Positions 1-13,558 of a stretch of 64,000 bases of DNA are shown one piece after another. The first letter of the stretch is position 1. Every line of letters begins with the position of its first letter. The position numbers and the translations under genes are program-made. The stretch comes from Eledone cirrhosa (Eukaryota), in contig OZ024745.1 in the NCBI GenBank assembly GCA_964016885.1, positions 119,474,001 to 119,538,000 on the forward strand, in the 5' to 3' direction. Below the pieces are notes generated by a model. That model was not told the DNA's origin. It ran no database searches and was given only the letters and a program-made list of their open reading frames with translations.

Positions 1-1128
1 CAAATATATCACAAACATTTTACCACTTATATACGCATTAAACCTCAGATTTATTACATCCATTAAACATGAAAAATAATATTTAGCATCCACCGTTGTG
101 CTAATTTACACACATAGCTGCTGCCATTAATTATGTCCAAAATAAAAATCGGTAAGAAACAACAAAAATGTTTATTTAAAAACCATTTTGAATTTCGTGA
201 TGGATTTTGATTTGGGTATGATTGGGAAAATGGTGCCTATCTGAACTGGCAAATTACTTCACATTCGTGTCTAAGTTGTGGAAAACGGAAGTAGCCTTTT
301 TAGCGAAAATAAAATTATTTACTTAGAAAGAAATATTAATAGTGTCATTACATTATTAATATTCTATTTATTAGCAGTTTTTGTCGTGCTATTTAAATAT
401 TGGGAATTTTTTTCTGTCTGTGTTTGTATTTATGAGATGTGAGCACGTATATAAACCTCGGTATATTTCGGACATTGAAGATATTAGGAATTAGCTATTT
501 TTATTATTGCTTTTATATCACACAATATTAGAATTGTAGATGCAGGCATTTCTGTGTTTAAGAGGTCCTAAACCATTATGAATTCCTGGGTTCGAATCCC
601 TGTACGACATCTTGAGTAATGTTTTTACTATAACTTCGACTCCCACCAAGCCTTGTATGGGAAACTGACATTGACCGAAACTGTGTGAAAGCGTATTAGA
701 GATAGCATTAGACTGATTCGTCTTAATAATTAAGTTGAAGGTACACGTGTCAGTAGATTACTCAGCCGGTAATTCAGGGCTCAGTCGTTCAGTTAAGTAA
801 TTATCAGATTACTACTCAGCATCGAAGCTGACCAAAAATCCACCATCATTGTCATTTTGAAACAGAATTAGTGGTGTCAAATTAATTGTCATGTAGTTAC
901 CTTCCTTATTCTTATTTCAAACCATACCAACTTTTGGACCAAGCCAGACCTCCATATAGATAAAAAGTTGGGACGAAGTACTGATCAAGGTGTCCACACT
1001 CAACTCAAATAGGCCGAAAGTAAGCTATTCCTGAATAGTTGGTCAGAGGAAGTGAACGCGTAAATCGCGTCTGTCATCTACTACATGACGATCATGCCTT
1101 GTTCTGATGTATATTTGATGATGATGAT

Positions 1129-1130
1129 GA

Positions 1131-1192
<62 letters not shown>

Positions 1193-1208
1193 TTATCTCT
1201 CTATCTCT
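1129..1208. repeat. (TCTA)n microsatellite following an (ATG)n tract
   Basis: Directly visible tandem repeat; explains ORF 1085..1369 (IYLS repeats). Confidence 0.95.
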
Positions 1209-2527
1209 CTGTGAGTGTGAGTGTGTGTACGCGCGTATGCATGTGTTTATGTGTGTGTGTATGTCTATGCATCAGTCTTCTGTGCTGTCTTCGTGTACCA
1301 AATTCCACTCAGCCCTATACTAGTAGAAGATATGTCACATCGGAGTCAAACAAGGCGGGTGTTTGTTAAGTTATTTCTTAATCGCAAACCCAACCCAGAC
1401 ATGTATTTATGCATTTGTGTATATTTGTATTTGTAAATATATGTATATATGTATACACATACATAAACAGATGTTACTGTTTATTCGGTGCCCCCAGCAC
1501 ACTCAGTACAGCATAAAAACGCAGTGCCTTGCATTGTGTGAGCAAAAACGTTCAATTCTTTTAATTAGATTTATATTATAACTTTCGTGATTGTGAAACC
1601 TGTCATAAATGAAACTAGACTGTCGTGCAATAATTAACTTTATAACAGCGGCTTAACGAACAATAACACAAGGACGATAACAAAAAGGAATAATAAAATA
1701 ATATAATTAAAAAAGTAATTGTTAAGTTAAACAACGCCACTACTATGAAACAAATGACATGAAGGGAAACGTAGAAACAGGGAAAGAATTCGTAGAAAAT
1801 AAGAAGAATTGCAATATAAAGCAAAATGGGAGGAAATATAAATATAAGACAGCAGGATGACGAATTGAAACAAAAGAACCAACAAAAAACAAAACAAAAA
1901 AGCAAAAAAAAAAAAAATAACTAAAAAAGAATAGAAGAAAATAAGAGGAAGAACGGGTTTAGAAACCTTTCTTTTAGACATTTTGTTACGATGACTTTTT
2001 TTTATCATTCAATGATTTTTTTGTCGGTTTTCATTGTCTAATTTGTCTCCAGTCGTTGGATCCCTTGGAAAACCGATAAATTAGCCAAGACACTATAACA
2101 AGATACAAACCTAACAAAATTAACTACAGAAAGAGATAGCCATGTATAGTCCCGTATACTGAACTGGATACAGTTAAAGCCATTATGAATACGTGTGTCG
2201 GTGTGGCTGACAGATTGTGTATTAACAATATTAAATTATATATGTTTGAAAGGATAAAACTATATTTTAATCGGCGATGAATTTGTTTTGTAAGGTTATT
2301 TTGATATGAAATCCTGTGTTGAAATAAATATTGTTATATTTGGGGAAGGTCATATTGTTATAATATTGCCAGAAATCTATATTGATAAATGTCGAATCGT
2401 TTCCGTCCATCTGTCAGTCTACGCGTGAGATGAATGGGTTAAAACGAAGGAAGAGAGAGGGTGAAAATTCTACGGCGAAAACAAAAATCAAGCAGTCTTT
2501 CAACTTTTGCACAAAGTTCTGTGTGAG

Positions 2528-2559
<32 letters not shown>

Positions 2560-2680
2560 CATGTAAAAGTTAAACAGAAATAACAACACAATCGGTACAG
2601 TATATGGAAGGGATATATTAGGTTACCGCTGGATATAGCAGGAAGAGACGCTATATATATATATATATATATATATATTT

Positions 2681-3257
<577 letters not shown>

Positions 3258-3264
<7 letters not shown>

Positions 3265-3389
3265 TAACAGATTAAAGTTTAAGCAAAGAATCGCTGCTTT
3301 CACCCTTACGGTTCTTATATATTTGATATATATTTATCCTTATCGCGCCCTCTTTGGATTTTAGTCTTCAAATTTATTATTATTACTAT
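3258..3389 (+). mobile_element. Fold-back family C copy with the right arm deleted
   Basis: Matches the left arm and the tail of 32394-32612 but lacks about 32451-32535. Confidence 0.7.
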
Positions 3390-3399
3390 ATATCTATCT

Positions 3400-3555
3400 A
3401 TCTATCTAAGGCGGGTAAAATTCCCGAGATCCATGGACGAGTTCTCTCCAGCGGTCTCTGTCCCTCATTATCGCTGCCATATCCTGCATCTCCAACAGAC
3501 CAGTGTCTGTCCTTAGGGCATCACCATATGTTAACCTTGGTCTTCCTCTTCTAGT
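3400..3555 (-). mobile_element. 3' end of RTE-like LINE with (TAGA)n tail
   Basis: ORF 3406..3591 ends RRGRPRLTYGDALRTDTG...[10 protein letters not shown], typical of a LINE ORF2 C-terminus. Other copies at 58088-58172 (-) and 59228-59370 (+). Confidence 0.7.
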
Positions 3556-3839
3556 GTCCATATATGTATTGATTATAAAGTGCGCACACAAATACTAACA
3601 GAAACACATAATGGATACCAGCAGATACGGTCCAGGAGAAGAGTACAATAATAAAATATTAATTGGTAATTTTGGTTAGAATTTCGATGTGAAATTTCTG
3701 TTTTTCTTATGATTTATCATATTTTAACGAACCTGAACTTCAGAACTGTCGTAAATTAATCGGTTTTCTGGAGTTCCTTCATTCCACAATACCGCAACCC
3801 CCGTCTCGGAGATCTAGTATAAGTTTAAAGTCTGACGTA

Positions 3840-4135
3840 TGCCAGGAGGTTGCTCGGGCCAGTGCATATCCCGGTTTCATTCCGTGAAGCGACTTAGAGT
3901 ACAAGATCCCCACTAGAGAGGGTGTCAGTCCATCGCGGGGATAAGTCGACCCTCCCCCCCCCCTACACACCTGTAGCTATCGCTGGTACTAGTTTTCAGG
4001 TGAGTATACTGAAGTAACGTGAAATGAAGTACATTGCTCAAGAACACAACACGCAGCACAGCCCAGTGCAGGAATCGAACCCACGACATTATGATCGTGC
4101 GTCCAACACCCTTACCACTAGTCAACGCGCCTCCA
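3840..4135 (-). mobile_element. tRNA-derived SINE, family 2
   Basis: Reverse strand has B-box GGTTCGATTCC followed by tgtgttcttgagcaa..cttcatttcacgtt. Related copies at 10865-11110, 34330-34490, 56875-56966 (-) and 51222-51345, 53514-53645 (+). Confidence 0.7.
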
Positions 4136-4145
4136 CACATTTACT

Positions 4146-4295
4146 GGAAAATTGCTCAGAACTCCGTAACACCCGTCTCGGAGATCGAAGTGATAATAAA
4201 AAAAATGATTGAAAAATTGCTCAGAACTCCGTAACACTCGTCCCAGAGATCGAGGTGATAATAATTTAAAAAATGATTGGAAAATTGCTGAGAAG
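4146..4295. repeat. About 66-bp tandem duplication (2.3 copies)
   Basis: gaaaattgctcagaactccgtaacac..gagatcga.gtgataataa..aaaaatgatt repeated. Confidence 0.8.
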
Positions 4296-4679
4296 AGGGT
4301 GCTACAGTGAGTTGTCAAAAACAAATATGTCTCAGAAAGTTTTTAGTCAGATAATAATTTTAGCAATTCTAAACGTTTCAGACCTTCTTCTTCGCCCACT
4401 TATTCCTGAGAGGATCGTGAAAGGGCGGAGACCTTAAACACTCCTTCCTGTTAGAAGCAACAGTCTATCCCAGCTGTGTCTGCTCCTCCACCCCCTTTCT
4501 TTCGTCAGTTAATTCTTTTTTCCTTTGTGTTTTTTCTTTGACAGCGTTTTATTTTGTATAAACATGCTTTGTAAAATAAAAAAGTTCTTAATTTCCTTTA
4601 AAAAAATTGCAAGAGGCTATTTTACCGGTCCCAGTAAAATAGACCCCGCAAGCTATTTTGCCAGTAAATATTCAAATCA

Positions 4680-4868
4680 AGGTTAGTTTTGCATTTCATC
4701 CTTACAGGATCGATAAAATAAATCACCAGTAATGTACTGGGGTCGAGTTAATCAATTTCAAACCCCGCCGAGGTTGACTTTGCCTTTCATCCTTACGGGG
4801 TCGATAAAATAAAGTACCAGTAATGCACTGGTAAATTGCTGGCCTTGTGCCTAAAGTAGAAACAATTA
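4680..4868 (+). mobile_element. SINE family 1, partial and internally duplicated
   Basis: Two copies of the core tttcatccttac(a/g)gg.tcgataaaataaa..accagtaatg, ending ccttgtgcctaaagtagaaacaatt. Confidence 0.75.
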
Positions 4869-5267
4869 TTATATTCCATATATATAGAAATAAATAATAA
4901 ATATACTCACGTAAGTTCTTAAGATGAAATGAAGTCAAAATCGCTTAAAGCCAACTTATACGGATCCCTCATAAAATCGTAGAAAAAGACGCTTCCAATC
5001 AATTTTGATGATTAGTATCAATCATCATTTGTCGACTTTGATTATAAACATTTTAAGAGCAAGGATTTTTATCATCGATAAGTTTCGGTATTTGTATACA
5101 TATCTCACAGTGCACAAGTTAACAGTTACCTCCTCCAGGAATATTGGATGTTAAAATAACGTTTAGCAGGAGTGCAGATATTACAGTACAGGTCGTAAGG
5201 AGGGCTAAAGATAACTCTGGACAAGTCTCACTGTGGTATCTCTACAAATTTAAAACAACTTGGAGAG

Positions 5268-5323
<56 letters not shown>

Positions 5324-6017
5324 TGTTATTGTTATCGATACATGATAAACTTCAGATCACAAATACAAAGAAAGTAACTAAAATTCATAAAGAATACCTT
5401 CACAATTTTCTATATCTCTCGTAAGTGAGAAGCATTATGTACATCAATATACACTCTTGACAGGTGCAATGTGTCCGAACACGGAAGAGCCGAACCCCCA
5501 CCGGCTCCCCCCATCTCTCTCGCCCTCCCCATTTCTCTGTATAGTGAGCAAATGGGGTCCCACTTGCTGGCCGCCCCTCAGCCCCGGTGGACAGAATGGA
5601 GAAGGTGTTATCCTCGGACGATTGTAGGGAGATGCGCTGGAAGAACCATTCCATACTATAATTAGTCTTAATCTAGACATATAAAATATATCTATCGATT
5701 ATATTTCTGAGCAGAGAAAGCTCAATTAACATTAAGCACAGAGAATCAATTATACAAATTTAAACGATATATATAAACCAGACATTATTATAACACCTTG
5801 TGAGAATTAATTCGCATAACTTCCTTGGTCAGGTTACTAGTAACTTGTGCAGTGTGGGATATAAAACTCTTATTGAAAATTAAAATCTTTAGTCTTAAGC
5901 TGTTTATTACCAACGTCATTAACGTAATTGATACTGATTATCAAAATCAATTACATGCATCTTTTCCTGCGATTTTATGAAACGGATCCGAATAAGTTGA
6001 TTAATATGTTTGAATAA

Positions 6018-6236
6018 TGGTTTCCAGTTTAGGCACAATGCCAACAATTTGGGGATAGGGGAAAGTCAATTAGATCCAGCTCAGTGCATTACTGGTACTT
6101 TATTTTATCGACCCCGTAAGCATGAAAGGCAAAGCTAACCTCAGCGAGATTTGAACTCAGGACGTAAAGGGCCTTAACTATATACTGCAAAGAATGTTGT
6201 CCGACGCTCTAACGATTCTGCCAAACTACCACATTT
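6018..6236 (-). mobile_element. tRNA-derived SINE family 1, full length
   Basis: Reverse strand: A-box TGGCAGAATCG, B-box GAGTTCAAATCTC, core gcctttcat.cttacggggtcgataaaataaagtaccag. Confidence 0.85.
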
Positions 6237-6330
6237 AATATATTTTAATAATATAATTTATAATACCAGAGCTAAAATTGTTGCCTCGATATATAGGGTT
6301 ACAAAATAATACGATAAAAAGCTATTGGCT

Positions 6331-6727
6331 AATCATCATCATCCGACGGCCACAGCCGAGATGGACTCAACAATTGATCTCCACGTCGGTCTGTCGTTCA
6401 TTGCCGTTGCCAAGTCCTGGATTTAAATACCAGAATCTCTGGAGATGACATCGAGATAGGAGAGCTTGCGCCCCCTGTTATTAGTGACTGTTTGTGGTTT
6501 CCAAAGCACTAATAGGGACACAGCCTCATAGGTGGCATGATGGCAGTGGCCAGCAAATCTTACTCTATTTTTACGTACAACGACAGATATGCGCGGGAGG
6601 CCGGCATAAATCTTTCTCAAAGGCAGATGCCACCAGCTTATGTTCTGAATGCGTTAAAGCAGGCGATTGTAAGTGCCATCAAGGTGCTTTTGATGTTTGA
6701 ATGAAAGCGTCCATGTTTCAATTCCAT
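6331..6727 (-). mobile_element. RTE-like LINE 3' fragment with (ATG)n tail
   Basis: ETWTLS..QKHLDGTYNRLL and RVRFAGHC..LWKP..RGR..YLDVISRDSG (ORF 6423..6620). Confidence 0.75.
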
Positions 6728-6976
6728 CTATAAATTAGCTAAAAGGGAGTTTAGTTAAGCAACTAATGGCTATATAAATACACAACTGCGCCATTTGTAT
6801 TTCGATTTCTCATTTTTTAGTTACTAAATAAGAAAATAAACAGTCATACATTGTGTTATTATATAGAAACTTGAGAACAGGAATGATTCAGTTGACTTGC
6901 TTCAATATGGGAATATGTAAATGTAAATGCAAAAGTATAGAGAACGCACAATTATTAAGAGAAGTGGCTCTAAGAA

Positions 6977-7312
6977 TATGGTCAGTTTTCAGTGTTAGCT
7001 CCCAAGTATGGCTAGTTTTCAGTGTTAGCTTCGAAGTATGGCCAGTTTTCAGTGTTTGCTTCCAAGTATGGCCAGTTTTCAGTGTTTGCTTCCAAGTATG
7101 GCCAGTTTTCAGTGTTTGCTTCCAAGTATGGCCAGTTTTCAGTGTTAGCTGCCAGGTATGGCCGGTTTTCAGTGTTAGCTTCCAAGTATGACTAGTTTTC
7201 AGTGATAGCTCCCAAGTATGTCCAGTTTTCAGTGTTAGCTCCCAAGTATGTCCAGTTTTCAGTGTTAGCTCCCAAGAATGGCTAGTTTTCAGTTTTCGAC
7301 GTATGGCCAATT
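6977..7312. repeat. 30-bp minisatellite, about 11 copies
   Basis: Unit tatggccagttttcagtgttagcttccaag; explains ORFs 6853..7191 and 6888..7310. Confidence 0.95.
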
Positions 7313-8189
7313 TTCTATGGAGTTACTGTAATGATAAACATCTAATGGAACATGTGACTTACAAAACCAGTGGACTAAGAATTTTTGAGACACAGTGCAG
7401 TGTCTGATTACTTTTGATTTAAGAAGCTTATTCTATAAAGTGGGTTTTGTCATACATAGACAAAAGAGCCACAATTGGAACAAAGGAGACGCCATTGTCA
7501 AACGCCATTTTCGATCAACTCTTTGATTTAAATATTGCAAACAATAGTTTTTGACTATATAATGATAGAAAACGAGACAGATTAAACAAAAGCAGTAGAT
7601 GCAATGTGAATGTTAATGATGAGGTGTTTATTTGAACGAAGCAATTTATAACTATACATTAATCACTTTACACAAGATAGATGAGCATTCTGCCTGACTG
7701 GTAGGCTGATGAAATATTTAAATTCAGCAAGTACATACTATTGGTATTCTGAATAATTGTTTCTACTTTTGGCACAAGGCCAGCAATTACCCAGTGCATT
7801 ACTGGTACTTTATTTTATCGACCTCGTAAGGATGAAAGGCAAAGTTAACCTTGGTATTCTGAATAATATTATGATATTACGATGTTATCTATATACCTAA
7901 AACAGAGAATATCTGTCTGTCTATCTGTCTGTCTGTTTGTCTGACTCCCTAAAAATCGAGAACCACCCAACCAATTTTTTTCAAACTTTACACATGTAAT
8001 ATTTATGGTCGTGTGAGTATTTTGAGCAAAAAACTATTTCAAATTTTCAATGCCCTACGGACCGCATTAGGCGCCGGTTAGCGATCTCTCTCTGTCTTTC
8101 TTTTTAGATAGATACATAGCTATAACGCCGCGCCCTTATAATATCTGTCTGTATGTCTGTCGGTCTGCATTACGACATTATGACAAATA

Positions 8190-8367
8190 TTCTCATTGCT
8201 CACGTATTGCCTTCGCTATTTTCCGTTCATTGCCAGGGAACGTCTTCACGAACCAAAGTATCGTCTTCCTACTTTCCTTCGGTTGTAACGTTTTTCGAAA
8301 TATTTACTTCTGCGTTCACAGATTGATTTTTTTTAGTTCAGAAGATCCCGTTAAGGGTCAGAGACGA
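8190..8367 (+). mobile_element. Family C pLTR-like segment truncated inside the HHR
   Basis: Homologous to 58800-58985; ends agtt CAGAAGA tccc gttaa gggt, followed shortly by (TA)n. Confidence 0.65.
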
Positions 8368-8389
8368 TATATATATATATATAAATATA

Positions 8390-9698
8390 TAGTATAAAAA
8401 AACGAAAAATCAGTGATGCGTGTTACAATTGTTTCGCCGGCAGGTAGCTCGAGACATGATCACTGTATGGATCTGGCTGATTCTACGGCTGCAGGTTCCT
8501 TCGGCCACATGCAATTCTTTCGGAGCAAATTTTTTCACTGGGGTGTTATCGTCAAAAAAACACTTTCAAAAAACCTCTTCCACTCTTGTCATGACATTGG
8601 CTGTTGTTTTTCTACGTCATCATAAGTTCTGGTCACTATTTACTGCTGCAGTGGTCATCAGCCATGTTCCGTCCGATACACTTCAATGGAGCCATGCTGG
8701 GTTTGGTATCTCACACGTCTGCTCACACTCCCGAGTATGACCCACATATACACACACACACATACACACGCACAGGCACACACACATGCATGCATACACA
8801 TATGTACTCATACATGTGTAGACACACACACACACTCTCACTCTCTGACACATACACACACACACACTCTCCCTCTCTGACACATACGCAAGCACACCCA
8901 CACCCACATATCGACCACCACATGCCTATTGGCGCCTGCCTAAACAGCCCCTTACATCCGGTTTCACACGCATGCATACTCGCCCACACGCGCAGACACA
9001 CACACGAGCACATCTGCACATATATACACAAACACTCTCAGGCACATACATAGATACACACACGCACACACACGCATTTCCTTATGGATAGGCATCAGGG
9101 ACAGACACACTTCCAAAGACATAAGCACACATACACACGCATACACACATCTGTACATATATCTACACACAAGTACATGTACCCGCATATAAACACATAA
9201 ACAAACCCTGTCTTACGTCGGTGTACGTACGCACCCACACCCACTCACACCCACTGACAGACACACACACCATGTGTGTGTGTCTATGTACACACACATA
9301 TATATATATGGTGTGTGTATGGCTGATGACCAGTGTAGCAGTAAATACTGACCAAGAACTTATGATGACGTAGAAAAACAACAGCCAATGGCATGACAAG
9401 AGTGGAAGAGGTTTTTTGAAGGTGTTTTTTGACGATAACACCCAGTGAGAAAATTTGCTCCGAAAGTAGTGCATGTGTCCGAGGGAACCTGCAGTCGTAG
9501 AATCAGCCAGATCCATACAGTGATCATGTCTCGAGCTACCTGCCGGCGAAACAATTGTAACACGCAATAAACTGTGTCCAGATGCATCACTGATTTTTCG
9601 TTGTTTTATACTATTCACACTCTGTTCCTGTATGAATATTGAGTGCTAATTTTGGCATACCGCCTATGGAAGCACCATAGCTACCATTATACACACGT
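8390..9698 (+). mobile_element. Fold-back element E: about 280-bp inverted arms around a CA-rich spacer, (TA)n both sides
   Basis: Arms 8390-8665 / 9319-9613; ORFs 8413..8625(+) and 9163..9618(-) give the same peptide. Contains GAAACAATTGTA (9548-9559). Confidence 0.75.
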
Positions 9699-9755
9699 AT
9701 ATATATATATATATATAATTATATATTCGTGTACAGATATTTTTGCATACATAAA

Positions 9756-10000
<245 letters not shown>

Positions 10001-11887
10001 TATATTCTTGTACAGATGCATTTGCATACATAAAAACAAAATATAAACAAACTATTTATTTCACGAAAGCACAAAATGTAGACACCATGCCGAGGCCGAG
10101 GTATTCCGTACTTCTCTGTACTGTTTCAGAAAGGAGATATAAACATGCCAATCTATGTTTAGAATCCCGAATAACGCCGGGCCATTCTGCTAGTCTTTTC
10201 TATTATGTAAATATCTTTGAGCTAAACTCAAATTTGACAATACTCTTCTCATTTTGAAATATGTATTCTTATGTTCAGGTGCTAAAGTCTTATTTTAATG
10301 GTGTATGGTTTCACTTTGAAATGACATATCGTTATTTAGAATTACAAGTAATATAATATCCTTCTATATTATGCACAGACTATGCAAAGGCTAAAGTTTA
10401 AATAACATTGTGTAACAATACTTGGCATTATATAACAATATATAATACATACAAAACAAGACTTCTGGTGATCTAAACAATATTAGTACTAAACATAACT
10501 GGAAAAATAAGCATAAATACTCTGGGATTATGAAACTGGTTTCTAAGCAAAATCTGTCGTTATCATTCAAAAGATTTATGTATATGTGGAATATTATAGC
10601 AATGAACGCGAAACAAAAACGTAATAGAAATACACATACTAACAGCGTTCTGAAATATCTGCATAGATTTTAATTCGAGAAAAGAGTTTGGACAGAGATA
10701 GTACAATGGACCTTTGAATATTTTATTCAAATGACTCATAAATCACTAATATGATATCGCAAGGCGCGGGTTTAAAAACATTAATACAAGTCGTGTTTTT
10801 AATACGTTTGGATGAGACACTTTCATACGCATGCCCTCACTCTTGTCTAGACTGTAAAGTCTGTGTGATGCCAGGAGGTTTATCAAGGCGGTGTTTATCC
10901 TGGTTTCATGGCGTGAAACGACTGAGAGTACATACTGTTCCTGGATAGAACGCCAATCCATCGCAGGGTCAAACTCTCACCTATTGGTGGTAATCATTTT
11001 TCAGTTGAGTATATTAGAGTAACGTGAAATGAAGTGTTTTGCTCAAGAACACAACACACAACACAGCGCAGGAATCGAACCCACGTCATTCTGATTGTAA
11101 GGTTACGCGCCCCACAGGCACACACACGTACGACCCCCCCCCCCCACACAGTTACAATTGGCTCCCCATAAAAAACATAAAATTTAGGTCATTGTGGCAA
11201 GATTACCAAAGAAAAGTATAATGATGGGATGACCTCAACATATTCAGACTGTTTTCTACCCAAAGCTACAATGATCACTATATCATTTGCAGTATGTGGA
11301 AAATATACCATTAGACTCCTCACATGATGTAATGAAAAGTCACTCAAAATTGGAACACGTTCAATACGTATGAAGCTACATTGAGGAATAATATGTTTAC
11401 ATGTTCAATCAAACATCATCCCAAAATAAATCAAAGAGGAAAGAAATCTAGTAATCTTCAGCCTCATACTTCCTGGAGAAATTCCACCGAAATAGAAGAG
11501 GAATTTTTGTTAGGCTTATTGTAAATATAAAGGCCGCATTTTGGAAGAGTCGTTAGAACATTGGATAGAATGCTTTATGGTATTCGATCCGGCTCTCTGC
11601 TCTGTGTTCAATTCCCGCCGAGGTCAACTTTACATTTCATCCTTTCGAGGTCGATATAAAAGTACCAGTCTAGTACTGGCGTCGTTTCTTCCTGTATATA
11701 TCTGTCTTATTTCCTCACTCTCATTATCTATCTTTCTCTGAAAGAAATCTGCAGTACATGGGCCTGGAAAGGGATGGCTCCACTAGACTTAAAATGCCCC
11801 CAAAATGCCCTATGTCAATACGGCGCCTTTACAACTTCAGAAGTTGCGGGACCATACATATATACAACTGTGAACATATATATATAT

Positions 11888-11970
<83 letters not shown>

Positions 11971-11973
<3 letters not shown>

Positions 11974-12630
11974 TATAAAGTATGTCCATAGAATCATTTG
12001 ATAAGATATATACACCATTTCCTCTCCCAATCAGCATAATCAACCACGCAAAGAACCAAGTAAACCAGGCTCCCCATAAAAGGCACATATGAAGAAATAA
12101 TAGATAAATAAACGACACCCATCTATTCGCGATCAACAGCTATAGAATATTTACCCACCATTTCAATAGCACGTGGAAATCGTGAGCTTGTTTCCTAATG
12201 ATTTCGAAGCTCGAGAATTTATTCTTGATCGGATATTTCCAAAAGCGAATGAAACTCCAAGGGGTAGAAACGTAATCCTGGTATGTTTATATAATTTTTT
12301 CTTCTAACTTTAAGTTTATACCTAATTGTGTATGGTTGACGATATATTTAAACGATTTCCACGTGCTATTGAAATGCTGGGTAAATATTCTATAGCTGTT
12401 GATCGCGAATAGATGGCTGTCGTTTATTTATCTATTATTTCTTCATAGATGCCTTTTAATCTTATAGCCTGGTTTAATTGTTTTTTTTTGTGTGGTTGAT
12501 TATGCTGATTGGGAGAGGAAATGGTGTATATATCTTATCAAATGATTCTATGGACATACTTTATAGTATATTGCTCTGATTATTTAATTAATTAATTCAT
12601 CATTGAGACACATCGTGAATGGTTGCCAAA

Positions 12631-12634
<4 letters not shown>
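11971..12634 (+). mobile_element. Fold-back element F: about 213-bp inverted arms, about 170-bp spacer, (TA)n both sides
   Basis: Arms 11971-12183 / 12353-12568, then a unique tail to (TA)n. No convincing HHR seen. Confidence 0.75.
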
Positions 12635-12693
<59 letters not shown>

Positions 12694-12719
12694 ATGACTT
12701 TGTCTATGTAAATGTAAAT

Positions 12720-12768
<49 letters not shown>

Positions 12769-12826
12769 TAGCCGGCGCGGACTGGAGTCGAATTCTGTCG
12801 ATCGATTGGTTATTGATTAGCCGAAA

Positions 12827-12936
12827 CCAGCTGATGAAGGCACATACGCCAATTATGCATTGTTGCATAATATATGCGGACAGAGTGTGCAGTGCACTCT
12901 ACTGCTGCATTAAGTGTGGCCGAAACTCGAGTTCGG
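12827..12936 (+). ncRNA. Candidate hammerhead with 84-nt branched stem II, in an island between (TA)n tracts
   Basis: ccag CTGATGA aggcacat...gtgtggcc GAAA ctcgag TT cggg; palindromic helix III ACTCGAGT. Stem I is weak (3 of 4 pairs). Confidence 0.55.
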
Positions 12937-13077
12937 GAATATTGAAGGTACCCGTTTACATGCGTTGTATTGAAGTGAATAACTATGTGTATACTCTGGG
13001 AGCTTGGTTAACATTACCTATTGAGTACGCTGAGATGCAACCCATCCTAGCAGTGATACATGTGCTAGTTCCGTCAA

Positions 13078-13108
<31 letters not shown>

Positions 13109-13111
<3 letters not shown>

Positions 13112-13520
13112 GGAGGTGAGTTTTATTGTAGTACAATAAAGCAATGCAGATATCGGATAAGAAGCACTCTACAGTTTGTAGGACTGGAGTATACATAATA
13201 TAAGATCAAAAGATGGTTAAAGGAGTTCCATGTATTTTATTATGCGCATTTCAAAAACAAACATCATCATGCAATAATATTTGTGTTTTCATCAGATAAA
13301 ACAGGAGAACATGATATGAAGGCTAAAAAACACTTGTGGATAGTGCAGTTTTAAATCAACATGTTGATTTAAAACTGCACTATCCACAAGTGTTTTTTAG
13401 CCTTCATATCATGTTCTCCTGTTTTATCTGATGAAAACACAAATATTATTGCATGATGATGTTTGTTTTTGAAATGCGCATAATAAAATACATGGAACTC
13501 CTTTAACCATCTTTTGATCT

Positions 13521-13528
<8 letters not shown>
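13109..13528 (-). mobile_element. Fold-back element G: 334-bp spacerless palindrome plus unique tail, (TA)n both sides
   Basis: Palindrome 13195-13528 centred on caaca|tgttg (13361/13362). Confidence 0.85.
13422..13488 (+). ncRNA. Type-I hammerhead ribozyme motif (mirror copy on - strand at 13235-13301)
   Basis: ttttat CTGATGA [16-bp stem II with G-U pairs] GAAA tgcgca TA ataaaa; palindromic helix III ATGCGCAT; AUA cleavage triplet. Confidence 0.85.

Positions 13529-13558
<30 letters not shown>

Noticed and set aside
975-1032. CTGATCA..ggcc GAAA gtaagc TA as a hammerhead
   Set aside because: G8 is missing and there is no stem I pairing; probably chance within a LINE-like 3' end.
6853-7310. 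Repeat proteins (WELTLKTGHT / FQVWPVFSVC) or a CRISPR array
   Set aside because: Head-to-tail 30-bp minisatellite with no spacers; the open frames arise from the unit length.
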